From: the human T2T-CHM13v2.0 reference genome, Homo sapiens
Length of the DNA stretch: 64,000 bases
Strand: one strand, 5' to 3'
NCBI RefSeq assembly: GCF_009914755.1
Contig: NC_060936.1
Part shown: positions 16,543 through 36,050 of the stretch, piece by piece
Layout: each line of letters starts with the position of its first letter
Position numbering within the stretch: the first letter of the stretch is position 1
Position numbers and translations under genes: made by a program
The notes under the pieces: generated by a model
Told to the model about the DNA's origin: nothing
Databases searched by the model: none
The model's input: the letters and a program-made list of their open reading frames with translations, nothing else

Positions 16543-16951
16543 GGGGGCGATTGCAGTAGCTCATGCCTGTAATTCCAGCAGTTTGGGAGGCCAAGGTGAG
16601 CAGATCTCTTGAGTCCAGGAGTTTGAGACCAGTCTGGGCAACATAGTAAGACCTCTGTCTCTACAAAAGAAGTATATAAAAAATTAGCCAGGCATGATGA
16701 TGAGCAACTGTAGTCCCAGTTGCTCAGGAGGCTGAGGCAGGAGGATTACTTGAGCCCAGAAGTTCAAGGTTATAGTGAGCTATGATCCTGCACCCTGTAC
16801 TTTAGCCTGGGTGACAGACAGAGACAGACAGAAAGACAGATAGGCAGACCACAAGAAGAAAAAGAAAGAAAAGAAAAGAGAAGGAAGGAAGGAAGGAGAA
16901 AGGAAGAAAGGAAGGAAGGAAAGAAGGAAAGAAGGAAGGAAGGGAAGGAAG
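16543..16951 (+). mobile_element. AluJ with expanded GACA/GAAA/GGAA purine-rich tail
   Basis: Alu body 16543-16820, purine tract to ~16951; TSD ggaagttagatgg / ggaaattagatgg. Confidence 0.9.
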
Positions 16952-17546
16952 GGAAATTAGATGGTAGTTAAAGGGGCCTTTATATGTCCTTGGTACCCTG
17001 TCAATCATCAACCATCAGCAGAGGCTCCTCTAATACACCCACAGTCTCCCCTCCCAGGTCCCTGGGATATGTGCATTTTCTGTGTGCTTCCTCTCCTACA
17101 GTAAGAACCTCAGTTTATGTTTGATATTGGAGTAAATTTTTTAGATTAAAAACATTTTTCTCAGGATAAAGCAAGAAAGGACAGTGATTCACACATATAT
17201 GTGGGTTTTTATCCCTGCTATAGTACTTTTAGCATCAACACTGTGTGCAGTAGGTATAAAAAATAAATATGTTCCCTTATATTGGTGAGGAAAATGAGAT
17301 ACATGGTGGTGAATGAATTATATCTAAGTTCACATCATGATTAGAATATAGTCCTTGGACCCCACTTCCAGATTACTTGCAAATAAAAGAAGTTGGCTCT
17401 CAATTTAAGTTGGGATTAACATAAACTAATGGATCTTAAATTATGAAAGATATGAAAGAGTCTAAAAGAAACCAGGCTAAATATTGAAGAGCCTGGTTTC
17501 AGTGAATATTTTAGTGCTTTTCTATTATTATTGTCATTATTATTAA

Positions 17547-17561
17547 TGACCCCCTAGTGGT
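17547..17561 (-). promoter_or_regulatory. Candidate CTCF motif
   Basis: tgaccccctagtggt reads ACCACTAGGGGGTCA on -, matching the CTCF core CCACYAGRGGGC, in an AT-rich context. Confidence 0.45.
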
Positions 17562-19640
17562 ATATTTTAGAATATTGATGAGCTTTGACCTTAGATGCCA
17601 TACCATCATGACATTATTAAGTGTCAGAAGAATTGATAGCTTTTAGAAAGTAACAGCAAGGCTGAAATTAACTCCCAACCAGTATGCAGTTGACAGCAGC
17701 AGATGAATGAGAGTAAGTGCAGAAAAGATGTGGTTGCAAAGGAAATCACATGTTTCTGCCCCTTGAATCTCTCAAATCTGATTAACATCTGTGCTTTCCC
17801 AAAGACCACTGTGAATTCTGATGGTAGAAGAAGGTGAAGGCCTCCCCTTTTACTTCCATTGACCAGGGAGCTGGAGGATACTGATTTATGGATTCCCTTG
17901 TTAAATGAAAAGCAATCCTTGGTCTTGGGAAATAAAATTATTGGAAAAATATAGGCATTTGCCAACTCTTTATTTTCTGTTGAATCAAGCACTTGCAAAG
18001 GCGCTAACAGGCTGCAGATTTTGGAAGAGGTTTACAGCCTATTGGAGCTTCAGAATTCAGAAGGCTCTTCTGTGTTACAGTTTTGTCAACATGATCTGCA
18101 TGCAGGTTAGAAGCACAGTAGCCAGCTAATAAAATAAAAATTTGGAAAGGGAAAATATGAGAAAATTTTAATTTTTTAAAATCTAAAGTAAAAACAATTT
18201 CTGAAAGAGTGTTTTTTTTGTATCAAAAGTCTCTTTGGCTTTAATGGCACATTTCTTCTGAGGGCTGTTTGAAATGGAACCTCTACCACTGTTGGGTGAC
18301 TCTGAGCCCCAGAGGACTTGGGTAGAAATCAAGAACACTAGTCTCTGGCTCTTGGCACTTGGGCCAGTGCTCCATTTTCATCTGAGTTGGCAATACTGGG
18401 CTGGATCTAACCTCTTTCTCAAAGCCAAAACCCCAAGGAGGCTTTAGAACTTACAACATCAATCTTTCAAAGGGCACTGTGTTGCTGTAAGTGCTGGCCA
18501 GGACACAAACAGAGCCTGAAGATATTTAGGCAGAACATCTCAACCATATGATCATGAAGATGATTAATAGGAACTTTTCAGTAGGCTGTAAATTTCCTCT
18601 TCTTTGGAGAGACCCTCCAAAAACTCTGGAGGAAGTGAAGGTGCACATCATGTGGAAGCTGTAATTCATCAAAGCATGTTTTCACCGCAATACTGTTGAG
18701 GGAGTGAGAGAGAGGGAGGGGAAAAGGAGAATGGGGAGGAGGCATGGAGAACAAGAGTGAGAAAAGTTTTCAGAGTAGCAACTATGAACAAGTCATCTTG
18801 CAGTTTAGTGACATGGCTTCTTGAAGAAGTGTTCCGTGTGAGAAACCAAACTGCAAGCCAGACAGAAAATAAGAATAAAAAGATGGAAATCGATGCCCTT
18901 CCAATGCTGCTGCTCCCCTAAGTACCTGGCCCTTGTTTCTATTGGGAAGCTATCATCCCCACTCTCTCAACAGCTCCTCCTTGTGCACTGTGGTCAGTCT
19001 CATAGATCATAGCGGAACTTCCACGGGCAAAGTAGGGAAGTGAATTCTCAGCAAGCTTATCTGGGGGCCTGGGTTCCACAGGGAGTTTGGGGAATGTTAA
19101 GAGAGAGACTTAGAGCAATTCTAGAGCTGGGAAGAAAATTTGGCTGTGAACTTTACTGTAAATAGGGGTTTTCCAGAAATTTAGCTCCTTCTTCACCCTC
19201 TGCCCCACCCAGACCCACGCTTTAGGAGCTCCTCCATGTTCTACTCTGGGCCCTCTTTTTTTCTACTGTATTTTCAGCAACCTCAACAAACCTTCTTCTT
19301 CCCATTTCTCTGTATTGTTTATCCCTTATCTCTAGTTTGAATGGTTTGAGCTTTGCTGTTCATTGTCTTAAGCCACCCTAAACACATTTTTCTAAGTAGT
19401 GGAAGTAAATAGAGAAACACACAAATAAATAAAACACAGGGACCTTGTTCTAGAGCACTCTCATGGTTTTAACCACTTCTGTAAGATGATCCCTGAACCT
19501 GAGTCTTCAGTCCTGAGAGTCTTCTCCCATAGCCCAAGTTCACTGGGTCGGCTTTCTTTTTAATATCTTCACCTGATTCTCCTGTGAGCAACTTACACAC
19601 AGACCCAAGAGCCATTTTCCTCTCATTCATCCCAGATGAA

Positions 19641-19678
19641 TTATATTACAAGGATAATATATTATCCTTGTAATATAA
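19641..19678. repeat. Perfect 38-bp palindrome (spacerless inverted repeat)
   Basis: ttatattacaaggataata|tattatccttgtaatataa is exactly self-complementary. Confidence 0.95.
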
Positions 19679-20648
19679 CTTATATTATATTACTAACTTA
19701 TATTACAAGGATTACTCACCACCTGCTCAGCCACACAGAAACCCCCAATCACCTGTGATTCCTCAGTCTCCCTTGTTCCTAAATATCCAAATATTTGTTA
19801 CATACCATCACCCTGTTGCTGCCATATTTCCTGAACCCATCTTTTTCTCTTTCTCTAAAGCCCTCCCTTAGTCCAAAATTCTCTGTCTACCACTTAGGCA
19901 TTACAACAACCTTCCTTCCTAGCCTGTAGTCTTTGCCCACCTCCAACCCTTCCTATGTAGGGTAACCATTTAATTTCTCATCCAAGCCAGGACACCTTTA
20001 ACAGTGAAAGCAGCCACTATTAATAATTACTTCAGAACAATAGGTATGATTCATATCTATCCTGGATATATATGGTCATGCCCATTCCACATCCATCTAA
20101 TGTAGTAAAGCGGAACTCTGATTCTATACAGCCCTGAAATAAAATCTTTACTAACTCATTGCAGCTTGTCAAACAGATTTGATACTTCCTTAACACAGCA
20201 TTTAAGAACTCAAGGCTCTGGCTGCAGCCTGCCATCCTAGCATGGTTTCTTTCCACCCTTCTTCCTGCCTCTCCACTCCAGCCAAACTCAGGGACCTATG
20301 CCCTATCTCTTCCAAAATTTGACCTTTGCCTTCACCTTCCATATATTCCACTCCCAACCACCGCTGGTCTCCCAATATCCAAATCCTATCTAATTATCAA
20401 GCTCTACCTTAAAGGCCACCTCTTCTGGAAGCCATTCTTACTCTCAACATGGCAGGCTCTGAAATCAAGCTGCCTGGATTAAGTTCCTGGCTGTTCCACT
20501 CACAGGAAGTGCACCCTCAGACGTTTTACCCTTGTCTTAGTTTCCTCATTTGTAAAGCCTCATCAGTTGCTCTGAGCATGAACTCACTAAATACTTAAAA
20601 CTGCTTACAGCACTGTCTAGCCTAAGGAGAGTACCCTAGAAGTGCGGT

Positions 20649-21164
20649 GATCCAGAAATCCTGTTATTGGGTATATACCCAAAGGATTATAAATCATTCT
20701 ACTATAAAGACATATGCACATGTATGTTTATTGTGGCACTATTTACAATAGCAAAGACTTGGAACCAACCCAAATGCCCATCAATGATAGACTGGATAAA
20801 GAAAATGTGGCACATATACACCATGGAATACTATGCAGCCATAAAAAGGATGAGTTCATGTCCTTTGCAGGGACATGGATGAAGCTGAAAACCATCATTC
20901 TCAGCCAACACAGGAACAGAAAACCAAACACAGCATGTCCTCACTCATAAGTGGGTACTGAACAGTGAGAACACATGGACACAGGGAGGGGAACATCACA
21001 CACCAGGGCCTGTTGGGGGTTGAGAGTCTAGGGGAGGGATAGCATTAGGAGAAATACCTAATGTAGACGATGCGTTGATGGGTGCAGCAAACTACCATGG
21101 CACGTGTATACCTATGTAACAAACCTGCACGTTCTGCACATATACCCCAGAACTTAAAAAAAAA
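20649..21164 (+). mobile_element. 5'-truncated L1PA (older, ~PA7-8) 3' end
   Basis: ORF2 C-terminal peptide GIYPKDYKSFYYKD...[17 protein letters not shown] plus 3'UTR and poly(A); TSD agaagtg(c/t)ggt at 20638-20648 and 21165-21175. Confidence 0.9.
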
Positions 21165-21230
21165 AGAAGTGTGGTTGATCATGATTATTTTGAGACACCT
21201 CTCTTTCCTGTATGCACCTAAACCCTTCCT

Positions 21231-21539
<309 letters not shown>

Positions 21540-21991
21540 ACCTCCTCTTTTTTTTCTTATAGCTTCCACAGGACCCTTATTGCAGTCTACTTTGTACTTC
21601 AGTATTTCCCAGGATGAAAATATGTTGAAAATAATGTCTTGATAACAGCAAACAAAACGAAAAGAAGAGAAATAGAGCTTCCCTGGTCCACCTACCTGCT
21701 GGGTAGGCGTTCTGGCAGCCCATGTTTCCCCAGAATCATTGTCAGGACTTTGGAGGAGAGGTTGTCCTCATCAATGTTAGGTTTTGGGGTGGGGGAAGCA
21801 GTAAGTAAGCAATCTCTCAGTAAACCTTCAGACCATGAGCTCTGGGAAGGCCCAACACTGTTGTGACTGGAGGCCTGAGGAGGGGACAACAGAGCAGGAC
21901 AAGGGGGAGGAGGGGTCATAGGTCAACGTGAAAAGGGGGACAAGGAAAATGCTCCATACCAAGGGGACAAGTTGTTTAAAGCCCTGTGGCA

Positions 21992-22276
21992 GGCCAGGCG
22001 TGGTGGCTCACGCCTGTAATCCCAGCACTTTGGGAGGCTGAGGTGGGCGGATCACTTGAGGTCAGGAGTTTGAGACTAGCCTGGCCAACATGGTGAAACC
22101 CCATCTCCACTAAAAATACAAAAATTAGCTGGATGTAGTGGTGCGGACCTGTAATCCCAGCTACTCAGGAGACTGAAGCACAAGAATCGCTTGAACCTAG
22201 GAGGAGGAGGTTGCAGTGAGCCGAGATTGCACCACTGCACTCCAGCCTGGGTGACAGAGCTGGATCCCTCTCAAAA

Positions 22277-22331
<55 letters not shown>

Positions 22332-22350
22332 ATATTAAAAAATAATAATA
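21992..22350 (+). mobile_element. AluSx with (TAAA)n microsatellite tail
   Basis: TSD aaagccctgtggca at ~21978 and ~22351; ~14 TAAA units. Confidence 0.95.
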
Positions 22351-24420
22351 AAGCCCTGTGGCAGGAAGGACCAGGGTCCATTCACGATGTGAACAGCAGT
22401 ACCGAGAGAGAGACTATGCCCAGTGAGGTAAGGCTGACATCTGGGGCCCGGGCCACACAAACCAACCAAACCTAGGTCGTGAGGACCAGATTGTACTTTA
22501 TCCTGAGAGCAATGGGGAGCCATCAAGCGGCTGCAAGCAAGAAGGTGGGAAGATCATGTTTGTCTTTTGCAGAGATCTCTCTGGTAACAGCGTAGAGAAT
22601 GGAGAGTCCGGGTGCTAAAGTAGTTTGAGAAGTGGAGTTAAACCAAGGGAATCCACGTGCTTTCCTACAGGGCTTGTCGCAGGCTGTAGAAACGGAACAT
22701 GCCCTGTGAATCTCCCAAGAAAGGGAGCCGCCGGGGCACACATTTTCACAAACTTGTTTGACCGTAGAATGCTTTCATTTCTTTCTGCAAGCCATCCACT
22801 ATCATATCCTAAAATACTGTTTTCTGGAACACTATCTTGGGAAACACTGATTAGGCTTAATTTAGAATCTTTGCTACTCAGTTGTTTATGGATATGAAAT
22901 TCACCCCTAATGGCACCTTCAGCACAGGTTTCCTCATTGAATTTCTCTACATCCCCCAGCAGGCTGCCTTCCTTGTAACATTTGTAAATGATCATCCTAT
23001 CATTTACTGTAACAACCTTGACCGTGTTGTTGTTATCAACATTGATTGAAAACTTGCTAGGGATGCCTGACACTGTGCTTCTCATATTTTATCTCATTTT
23101 ATCCTCATAAAGTCCCTCTAAATTTCATGGATCTTTAGGAGGTAAAAATAAATTTTCATGTGGTTTTAGCAAAGACATGGTAAAGCCATCCAATGTGAAT
23201 CTTAAGTTCTTAATAATTAATTCCACTGTTTTTATTCTCCTTTCCTAGCTCAGAGGAAGGGATATTTTAAAGCCATCAGGGGAATCTCTGCCCATGTCAG
23301 GTGTGGCTTTTGGGTAATGCTGTAATTATAATTAGGATAAACTTGAATGGCTAATTTTAGAAAATGTTTTCCCCACAAAGTGAGAGTAAAATGACAGCTT
23401 GTTCACAGATGATGAGATGACTCAGTATGCAAAGGACTCGTATTCAAGAAACCAGGAGCTAGAAGATTTAATGATCAACTACTTTTGGCCACCTGGCCCA
23501 GCCATGCCTCCTAATGAAGCTCCTCTCAGCAGGGCATCAGGCACATCCACATCAGCTGGAAGGAGCGAGTGAAGGGACAGAGAGAAGCTAATAAAAATGA
23601 TCCTCCCGTCTTTTTATGCCTGGGAATTAGAATAAAAATCCCATTCCTTCTGCCAAAACATGAGGAACGGAAAACGCATTTCTCACAGTCACATTCATTA
23701 TCATCATAACCAACATAGTGAGGCTTAACCCTTTACCTAGATCTCACAGTTGACACCAAAGTTTGCATCAACCCTGGGAGGGCAAATCTGATGTCCCCAT
23801 TTTACAGGCGAGAAAAGAGAGATGCTGTGAGGTTAACTGACTTATCTAAATTTACCCAGTCAATAAGTTAACACTCAAACCCAACTCATTTTCAAGCACT
23901 CTGTTATGCTGCCTTAAAATGGTACCAGTAAGTAAATCCAAGGGTCTGGTCTCCATAAGAGTTAGTCAGTTTTATGAAGAAAAACATTTTATCTGCCATT
24001 AGAGGCTATAATGATAACATTCTCTACAAGTGAGTGCTTCTGCTTTTCAGGAGCCAGGAAGGGCTTTCACTGGCTTGGCCCTATGTTTGGATTTGTGTGG
24101 CCTGTTCCCAGTGACGGCCATTGAGAGTACAGTGCATCTGGCCTGACCCCCTGCCAAGCTGACTGCCTCAAATTGCTGTTGATCTGACCTTCAGAGTTGG
24201 AATAAGCCAAGGGCTGGAGACGTGAGTGGCAGTAGCTGGAGATAAATCTCATGTTTGCTTCATTTGGAATGTCTCAGAGGCCAATGGTATGAGGAGCCCA
24301 CAAGGCAGGATCTGACAATGGTTCTAGACCCCCAGTTCCCTCCTTGAGCTCCCCTCCTATGTGATTTAGCAGGGATCGGTTCCCTCCTCCATCACATTAA
24401 GTAAGAGGTGCGTCCATAGG

Positions 24421-24976
24421 TGTCGTATATGGCTTCTGAGTGTCCTCCAGGGATCTCCACCTCCTGATCTTCATGCCCCTCTGTGATCCCCTCCGCTTGA
24501 GTTTGGATTGGACCTGGTAACTCAATTCTAGGAAGGGAATACAGCAAACGTGATGAGATGCCACATCTGAGATTAGGTGACACAAAGACTGTGGCTTCTC
24601 ACCTGGACACTTGGCCTCTCCTGGCTTGTTCACTGGCTGTAGGTGAGGGTAGCCACCATGATGTGATCTGCCCTATGGCAAGGCCCCGTTCATGGGAACT
24701 GATGACTCTGTCCAACAATCAGGAAGGACCTGTGTGTGGCCTGACCACAGCCATGTGGGTGAGCATGGAAGCAGAGCCTCTTCTCTTCAAGCCTTGAGGT
24801 TCCCTGGCCAAGACTTCAATTGCATCCTTGTAGAGACCTTGAGTCAGAGGGGCACTTAGCTAAGCTGCATGTGGATTTTGCACCCACAGAAACCGCAAGA
24901 TAACACGTTTGTTGTTTGAAGTTATTAAGGTTTAGAATAATTTTTTGTGTGTGTGCAGCAATAGATAACTAATACA
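24421..24976 (+). mobile_element. MLT1-type MaLR solo LTR
   Basis: tgtgatcccctccgcttgagt...gccaccatgatgtgatctgccctatgg...gcagcaatagataactaataca terminus. Confidence 0.85.
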
Positions 24977-25929
24977 ATAAGAGGAAATCCCATGGTTGGG
25001 TACAAAGTGGGGACCTCAAGTTCTTCTCAGCAAATGTACCTTTTAATGCTCTTCTCCTTACATATTTGGTGGAGGAATAATGAAACTTTTGTGGGTCCCT
25101 GACGCAGTGGTGAGTCAGGAGTGTTGTGTGCTGAGCATGTAAGATTTTAAATCTAAGGAACTCTGCATTTGCTGCCCTGACATGTCCTCTGTCTAGCTCA
25201 GCACCTGCCTCTTCTAGAACAGCAAAACTGACGTCTTATACTGCCATCTTCATATCTAAGGACCTCTACTTAATTATTAAGTAACTTTGTGTGTGATTCT
25301 GTCTTTAAATCTGTACATCTACACATAAACATATATAGAGTATATCTTCCTTTATATATTGACACAAACTGTTGACTCAATGATAAGATTAAATGAACAG
25401 TATGTCATTCAAATGTACTTCATACTTAATATAGATGTGTCTTTATTCACAGAGAGACTTCAAGGTCATTGTGTTAAGCAGTAAGGGCTATAGCAGAAAA
25501 GAAATGAGAACTGGCTTTGCTTTACTGTCAACAGAGCAAATTCGCAGCATATAGAACAATTTATCTTCTAACAGAATATGAAAACAGAAATCATTGGGAG
25601 TTATTTTATTAAAAGTTATTTATTAATTAGTTAATCACTGAGTTATTTTCAGTATCTGTCACTCCCCCATTATAACTGCCTCTCCATTAATTTTATTTTC
25701 TTCATATAGAGAAATATTCTTTTCAGATAAGTACTCTCTTTCTTGTCTGTTCAAACTTAACTCTGAAGCTCTGAAAAGCACATGACCACATTTGGCACTG
25801 AAAAAGAGAATAAATGATCCTCTATAAATTACCGTACTATAAAAAGGCAATTCACCAGTCTTCTATAGGGAGTCAGAAGGATGACCACTATGAATAAAGA
25901 ATAGTATATCCCTTTTCTCAGACAGACAG

Positions 25930-25930
<1 letters not shown>

Positions 25931-25968
<38 letters not shown>
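25931..25968. repeat. (CA)19 microsatellite
   Basis: Direct reading. Confidence 0.95.
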
Positions 25969-25970
<2 letters not shown>

Positions 25971-27887
25971 CTGTCTTTTCCCTTAGAGTAGCTATATTTG
26001 TTCCAATTAATATTTGAACAGTGGTAAGGATTTGGATCTCAGGACTTACTTGATTACTATGGTGATGCTTAAGGCCTCCTGGAATACAAATGATTTTCTG
26101 AATCTAGAGAGACTTTGCAATGCTAAGGGTAGCACCAGATTAACTTCATTGGAGGAGAAAGCAGGTATAGTATCCAGATTGATAAGGCAAATGAGGCACT
26201 GACTTTCATGCCTTGCAGATCATGTTTGCACATCCCCGAAGGTATTTTTTATGAAACGGTCACCAGATTGACCCTTTGCTCAAAATGCATCACTTGGTAC
26301 AATTTCAGTCTCTTTAGGGCCATCTATGCAAATGAGATGGAAAAACAGTCAGCCAGGTTACCATTAACAACAAGGCAATGCAGTACAGATGAGCGTTGTG
26401 CCTGCTTATGCACAGCTGCTAAATGAGGAGACTGGGAACAGGTGATCTGCACAGCTTTGCCAGCTCTGCAATTACTCTGCTTCACACCAAGTAAAACAAA
26501 GTGATGAAACTACTCCAAGAGGGCTTTGTAACCACACAGAACTGCAACCCCACACAATTAGCGTGGCCTTGCCCACTTTGCTGCAGGATCAAAGAGCTCA
26601 TCAAAACCCTGGATCTAGCCCCCGACATTCAAGTGAAATAACTGGGGAGTCAACAAGCCCAAGAGGTTGGAAGCTATTGTAAAAGGTCCATGCCAAGCAA
26701 CTCTGGGTGTTTTAAGGGCCTGCTTGAATTGTCTCAAAGTCCTCATAGAACTTTCTGATTTTTTTCTGTCTCTCTACAACACTCCCTTGGAAGAGAATGA
26801 AGTTCTTGGACATGTCAAAGATAAAACTGTCATCACAATGATGCTTTCAAGTCCGACTACCTTAGGCCCATCCTTCAACTTAAAGCTGGGGGTGAAGGGC
26901 CACATGAAGAATAGCATAACAGTTAAAGAGCTCTGGATTCAAAGGACATGTCCATTCTTTGCTGTGTGGCCTTGGGCAATAACTGAACTTCTCTAGGCTT
27001 CTGTTACCCCTGGTAAAATATGGAGAGTAAGAGTACTTCTGCCTCCAAGACTGACTGCTAAATAAGTAAAGAGTCAAAGACTCCAATGTGGAAACTTTGG
27101 AACACTGTACCAGGTAGGGAAGGCACTCACCCCATGAGACAAGAGCACCTGAGCCATTCCAAGAACATGAGGTGCTTGTCAGAGCTTTGAGTCCAACACC
27201 ACAGAACTTATCTCTCCACTCAGCTTAGCCAGACATTGTGCTGAGTATTAACAATTGACAGAACACAAGGATTATCTTTTTTTTTAATTTTATTATTATT
27301 ATACTTTAAGTTTTAGGGTACATGCACACAATGTGCAGGTTAGTTACATATGTATACATGTGCCATGCTGTTGTGCTGCACCCATTAACTCATCATTTAG
27401 CATTAGGTATATCTCCTAATGCTATCCCTCCCCCCTCCCCCCACCCCACAACAGTCCCCGGAGTGTGATGTTCCCCTTCCTGTGTCCATGTGTTCTCATT
27501 GTTCAATTCCCACCTATGAGTGAGAACATGTGGTGTTTGGTTTTTTGTCCTTGCGATAGTTTGCTGAGAATGATGGTTTCCAGTTTCATCCATGTCCCTA
27601 CAAAGGACATGAACTCATCATTTTTTATGGCTGCATAGTATTCCATGGTGTATATATGCCATATTTTCTTTTTTCTTTAATATTATACTTTAAGTTTTAG
27701 GGTTACATGTGCACAATGTGCAGGTTAGTTACATACGTATACATGTGCCATGCTGGTGCGCTGCACCCACTAACTTGTCATCTAGCATTAGGTGTATCTC
27801 CCAATGCTATCCCTCCCCCCTCCCCCCACCCCACAACAGGCCCCAGAGTGTGATGTTCCCCTTCCTGTGTCCATGTGTTCTCATTGT

Positions 27888-31714
<3,827 letters not shown>

Positions 31715-31777
31715 TATGATGTTAGCTGGTTATTTTGCTCATTAGTTGATGCAGTTTCTTGCTAGCCTCGATGGTCT

Positions 31778-32788
31778 TTACATTTTGGCATGATTTTGCA
31801 GTGGCTGGTACCAGTTGTTCCTTTCCATGTTTAGCGCTTCCTTCAGGAGCTCTTTTAGGGCGGGCCTGTGGTGACAAAATCTCTCAGCATTTGCTTGTCT
31901 GTATTTTATTTCTCCTTCACTTATGAAGCTTAGTTTGGCTGGATATGAAATTCTGGGTTGAAAATTCTTTTCTTTAAGAATGTTAAATATTGGCCCCCAC
32001 TCTCTTCTGGCTTGTAGAGTTTCTGCTGAGAGATCTGCTGTTAGTCTGATGGGCTTCCCTTTGTGGGTAACTTGACCTTTCTCTCTGGCTTCCCTTAACA
32101 TTTTTTCCTTCATTTCAACTTTGCTGAATCTGACAATTATATGTCTTGGAGTTGCTCTTCTCGAGGAGTATCTTTGTGGCGTTCTCTGTATTTCCTGAAT
32201 GTGAATGTTGGCCTGCCTTGCTAGATTGGGGAAGTTCTCCTGGATAATATCCTGCAGAGTGTTTTCCAATTTGGTTCCATTCTCCCCATCACTTTCAGGT
32301 ACACCAATCAGACGTAGATTTGGTCTTTTCACATAATCCCATATTTCTTGGAGGCTTTGCTCGTTTCTTTTTATTCTTTTTTCTCTAAACTTCCCTTCTC
32401 ACTTCATTTCATTCATTTCATCTTCCATCGCTGATACCCTTTCTTCCAGTTTATCGCATTGGCTCCTGAGGCTTCTGCATTCTTCACGTAGTTCTCGAGC
32501 CTTGGTTTTCAGCTCCATCAAATCCTTTAAGCACTTCTCTGTATTGGTTATTCTAGTTATACATTCTTCTAAATTTTTTTCAAAGTTTTCAACTTCTTTG
32601 CCTTTAGTTTGAATGTCCTCCCGTAGCTCGGAGTAATTTGATCGTCTGAAGCCTTCTTCTCTCAGCTTGTCAAAGTCATTCTCCGTCCAGCTTTGTTCCA
32701 TTGCTAGTGAGGAACTGCGTTCCTTTGGAGGAGGAGAGGCGCTCTGCTTTTTAGAGTTTCCAGTTTTTCTGCTCTGTTTTTTCCCCAT
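31778..32788 (-). pseudogene. Disrupted L1 ORF1 (RNA-binding p40) of the inner L1
   Basis: MGKKQSRKTGNSK...; KRPNLRLIGVPE...QPLQNHAKM; premature stop at ~32399 and a compensated frameshift near the C-terminus. Confidence 0.95.
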
Positions 32789-33371
32789 CTTTGTGGTTTT
32801 ATCTACTTTTGGTCTTTGATGATGGTGATGTACAGGTTGGTTTTTGGTGTGGATGTCCTTTCTGTTTGTTAGTTTTCCTTCTAACAGACAGGACCCTCAG
32901 CTGCAGGTCTGTTGGAGATTGCTAGAGGTCCACTCCAGACTCTGTTTGCCTGGGTATCAGCAGCGGTGGCTGCAGAACAGCGGATTTTCATGAACCACAA
33001 ATGCTGCTGTCTGATCGTTCCTCTGGAAGTTTTGTCTCAGAGGAGTACCCGGCTGTGTGAGGTGTCAGTCTGCCCCTACTGGAGGGTGCCTCCCAGTTAG
33101 GCTGCTTGGGGGTCAGGGGTCAAGGGCCCACTTGAGGAGGCAGTCTGCACGTTCTCAGATATCCAGCTGCGTGCTGGGAGAACCACTGCTCTCTTCAAAG
33201 CTGTCAGACAGGGCCATTTAAGTCTGCAGAGGTTACTGCTGTCTTTTTGTTTGTCTGTGCCCTGCCCCCAGAGGTGGAGCCTACAGAGGCAGGCAGGCCT
33301 CCTTGAGCTGTGGTGGGCTCCACCCAGTTCGAGCTTCCCAGCTGCTTTGTTTACCTAAGCAAGCCTGGGCA

Positions 33372-33521
33372 ATGGCGGGCTCCCCTCCCCCAGCCTTGCT
33401 GCCACCTTGCAGTTTGATCTCAGACTGCTGTGCTAGCAATCAGCGAGACTCCGTGGGCGTAGGACCCTCCGAGCCATGTGCGGGATATAATCTTCTGGTG
33501 CACCCTTTTTTAAGCCCGTAG
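33372..33521 (+). CDS. L1 ORF0 (antisense ORF of the L1 5'UTR), truncated to 49 aa
   Basis: MAGSPPPALLPPCSLISDCCASNQRDSVGVGPSEP.. matches primate ORF0; Kozak gcaATGg; premature TAG at 33519-33521. Expression unknown. Confidence 0.55.
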   Translation: MAGSPPPALLPPCSLISDCCASNQRDSVGVGPSEPCAGYNLLVHPFLSP

Positions 33522-33800
33522 GAAAAGCGCAGTATTCGGGTGGGAGTGACTTGATTTTCCAGATGCCATCTGTCACCCCTTTCTTTGACTAGGGAAGGGA
33601 ACTCCCTGACCCCTTGCACTTCCCAAGTGAGGCAATGCCTCACCCTGCTTCAGCTCACACACGGTGCACTGCACCCACTGTCCTGCGCCCACTGTCTGGC
33701 ACTCCCTAGTGAGATGAACCCGGTACCTCAGATGGAAATGCAGAAATCACCCGTCTTCTGCGTCACTCACACTGGGAGCTGTAGACCAGAGCTGTTCCTA

Positions 33801-35854
<2,054 letters not shown>

Positions 35855-35857
35855 TCA

Positions 35858-36050
<193 letters not shown>

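Noticed and set aside
16855-16955. GGAA microsatellite as an ETS-fusion enhancer
   Set aside because: Only about three consecutive GGAA units; it is an ordinary degenerated Alu tail.
22615-23085. 156-aa - strand ORF
   Set aside because: No recognisable domain, starts in MIR-like sequence, and has no convincing splice context.
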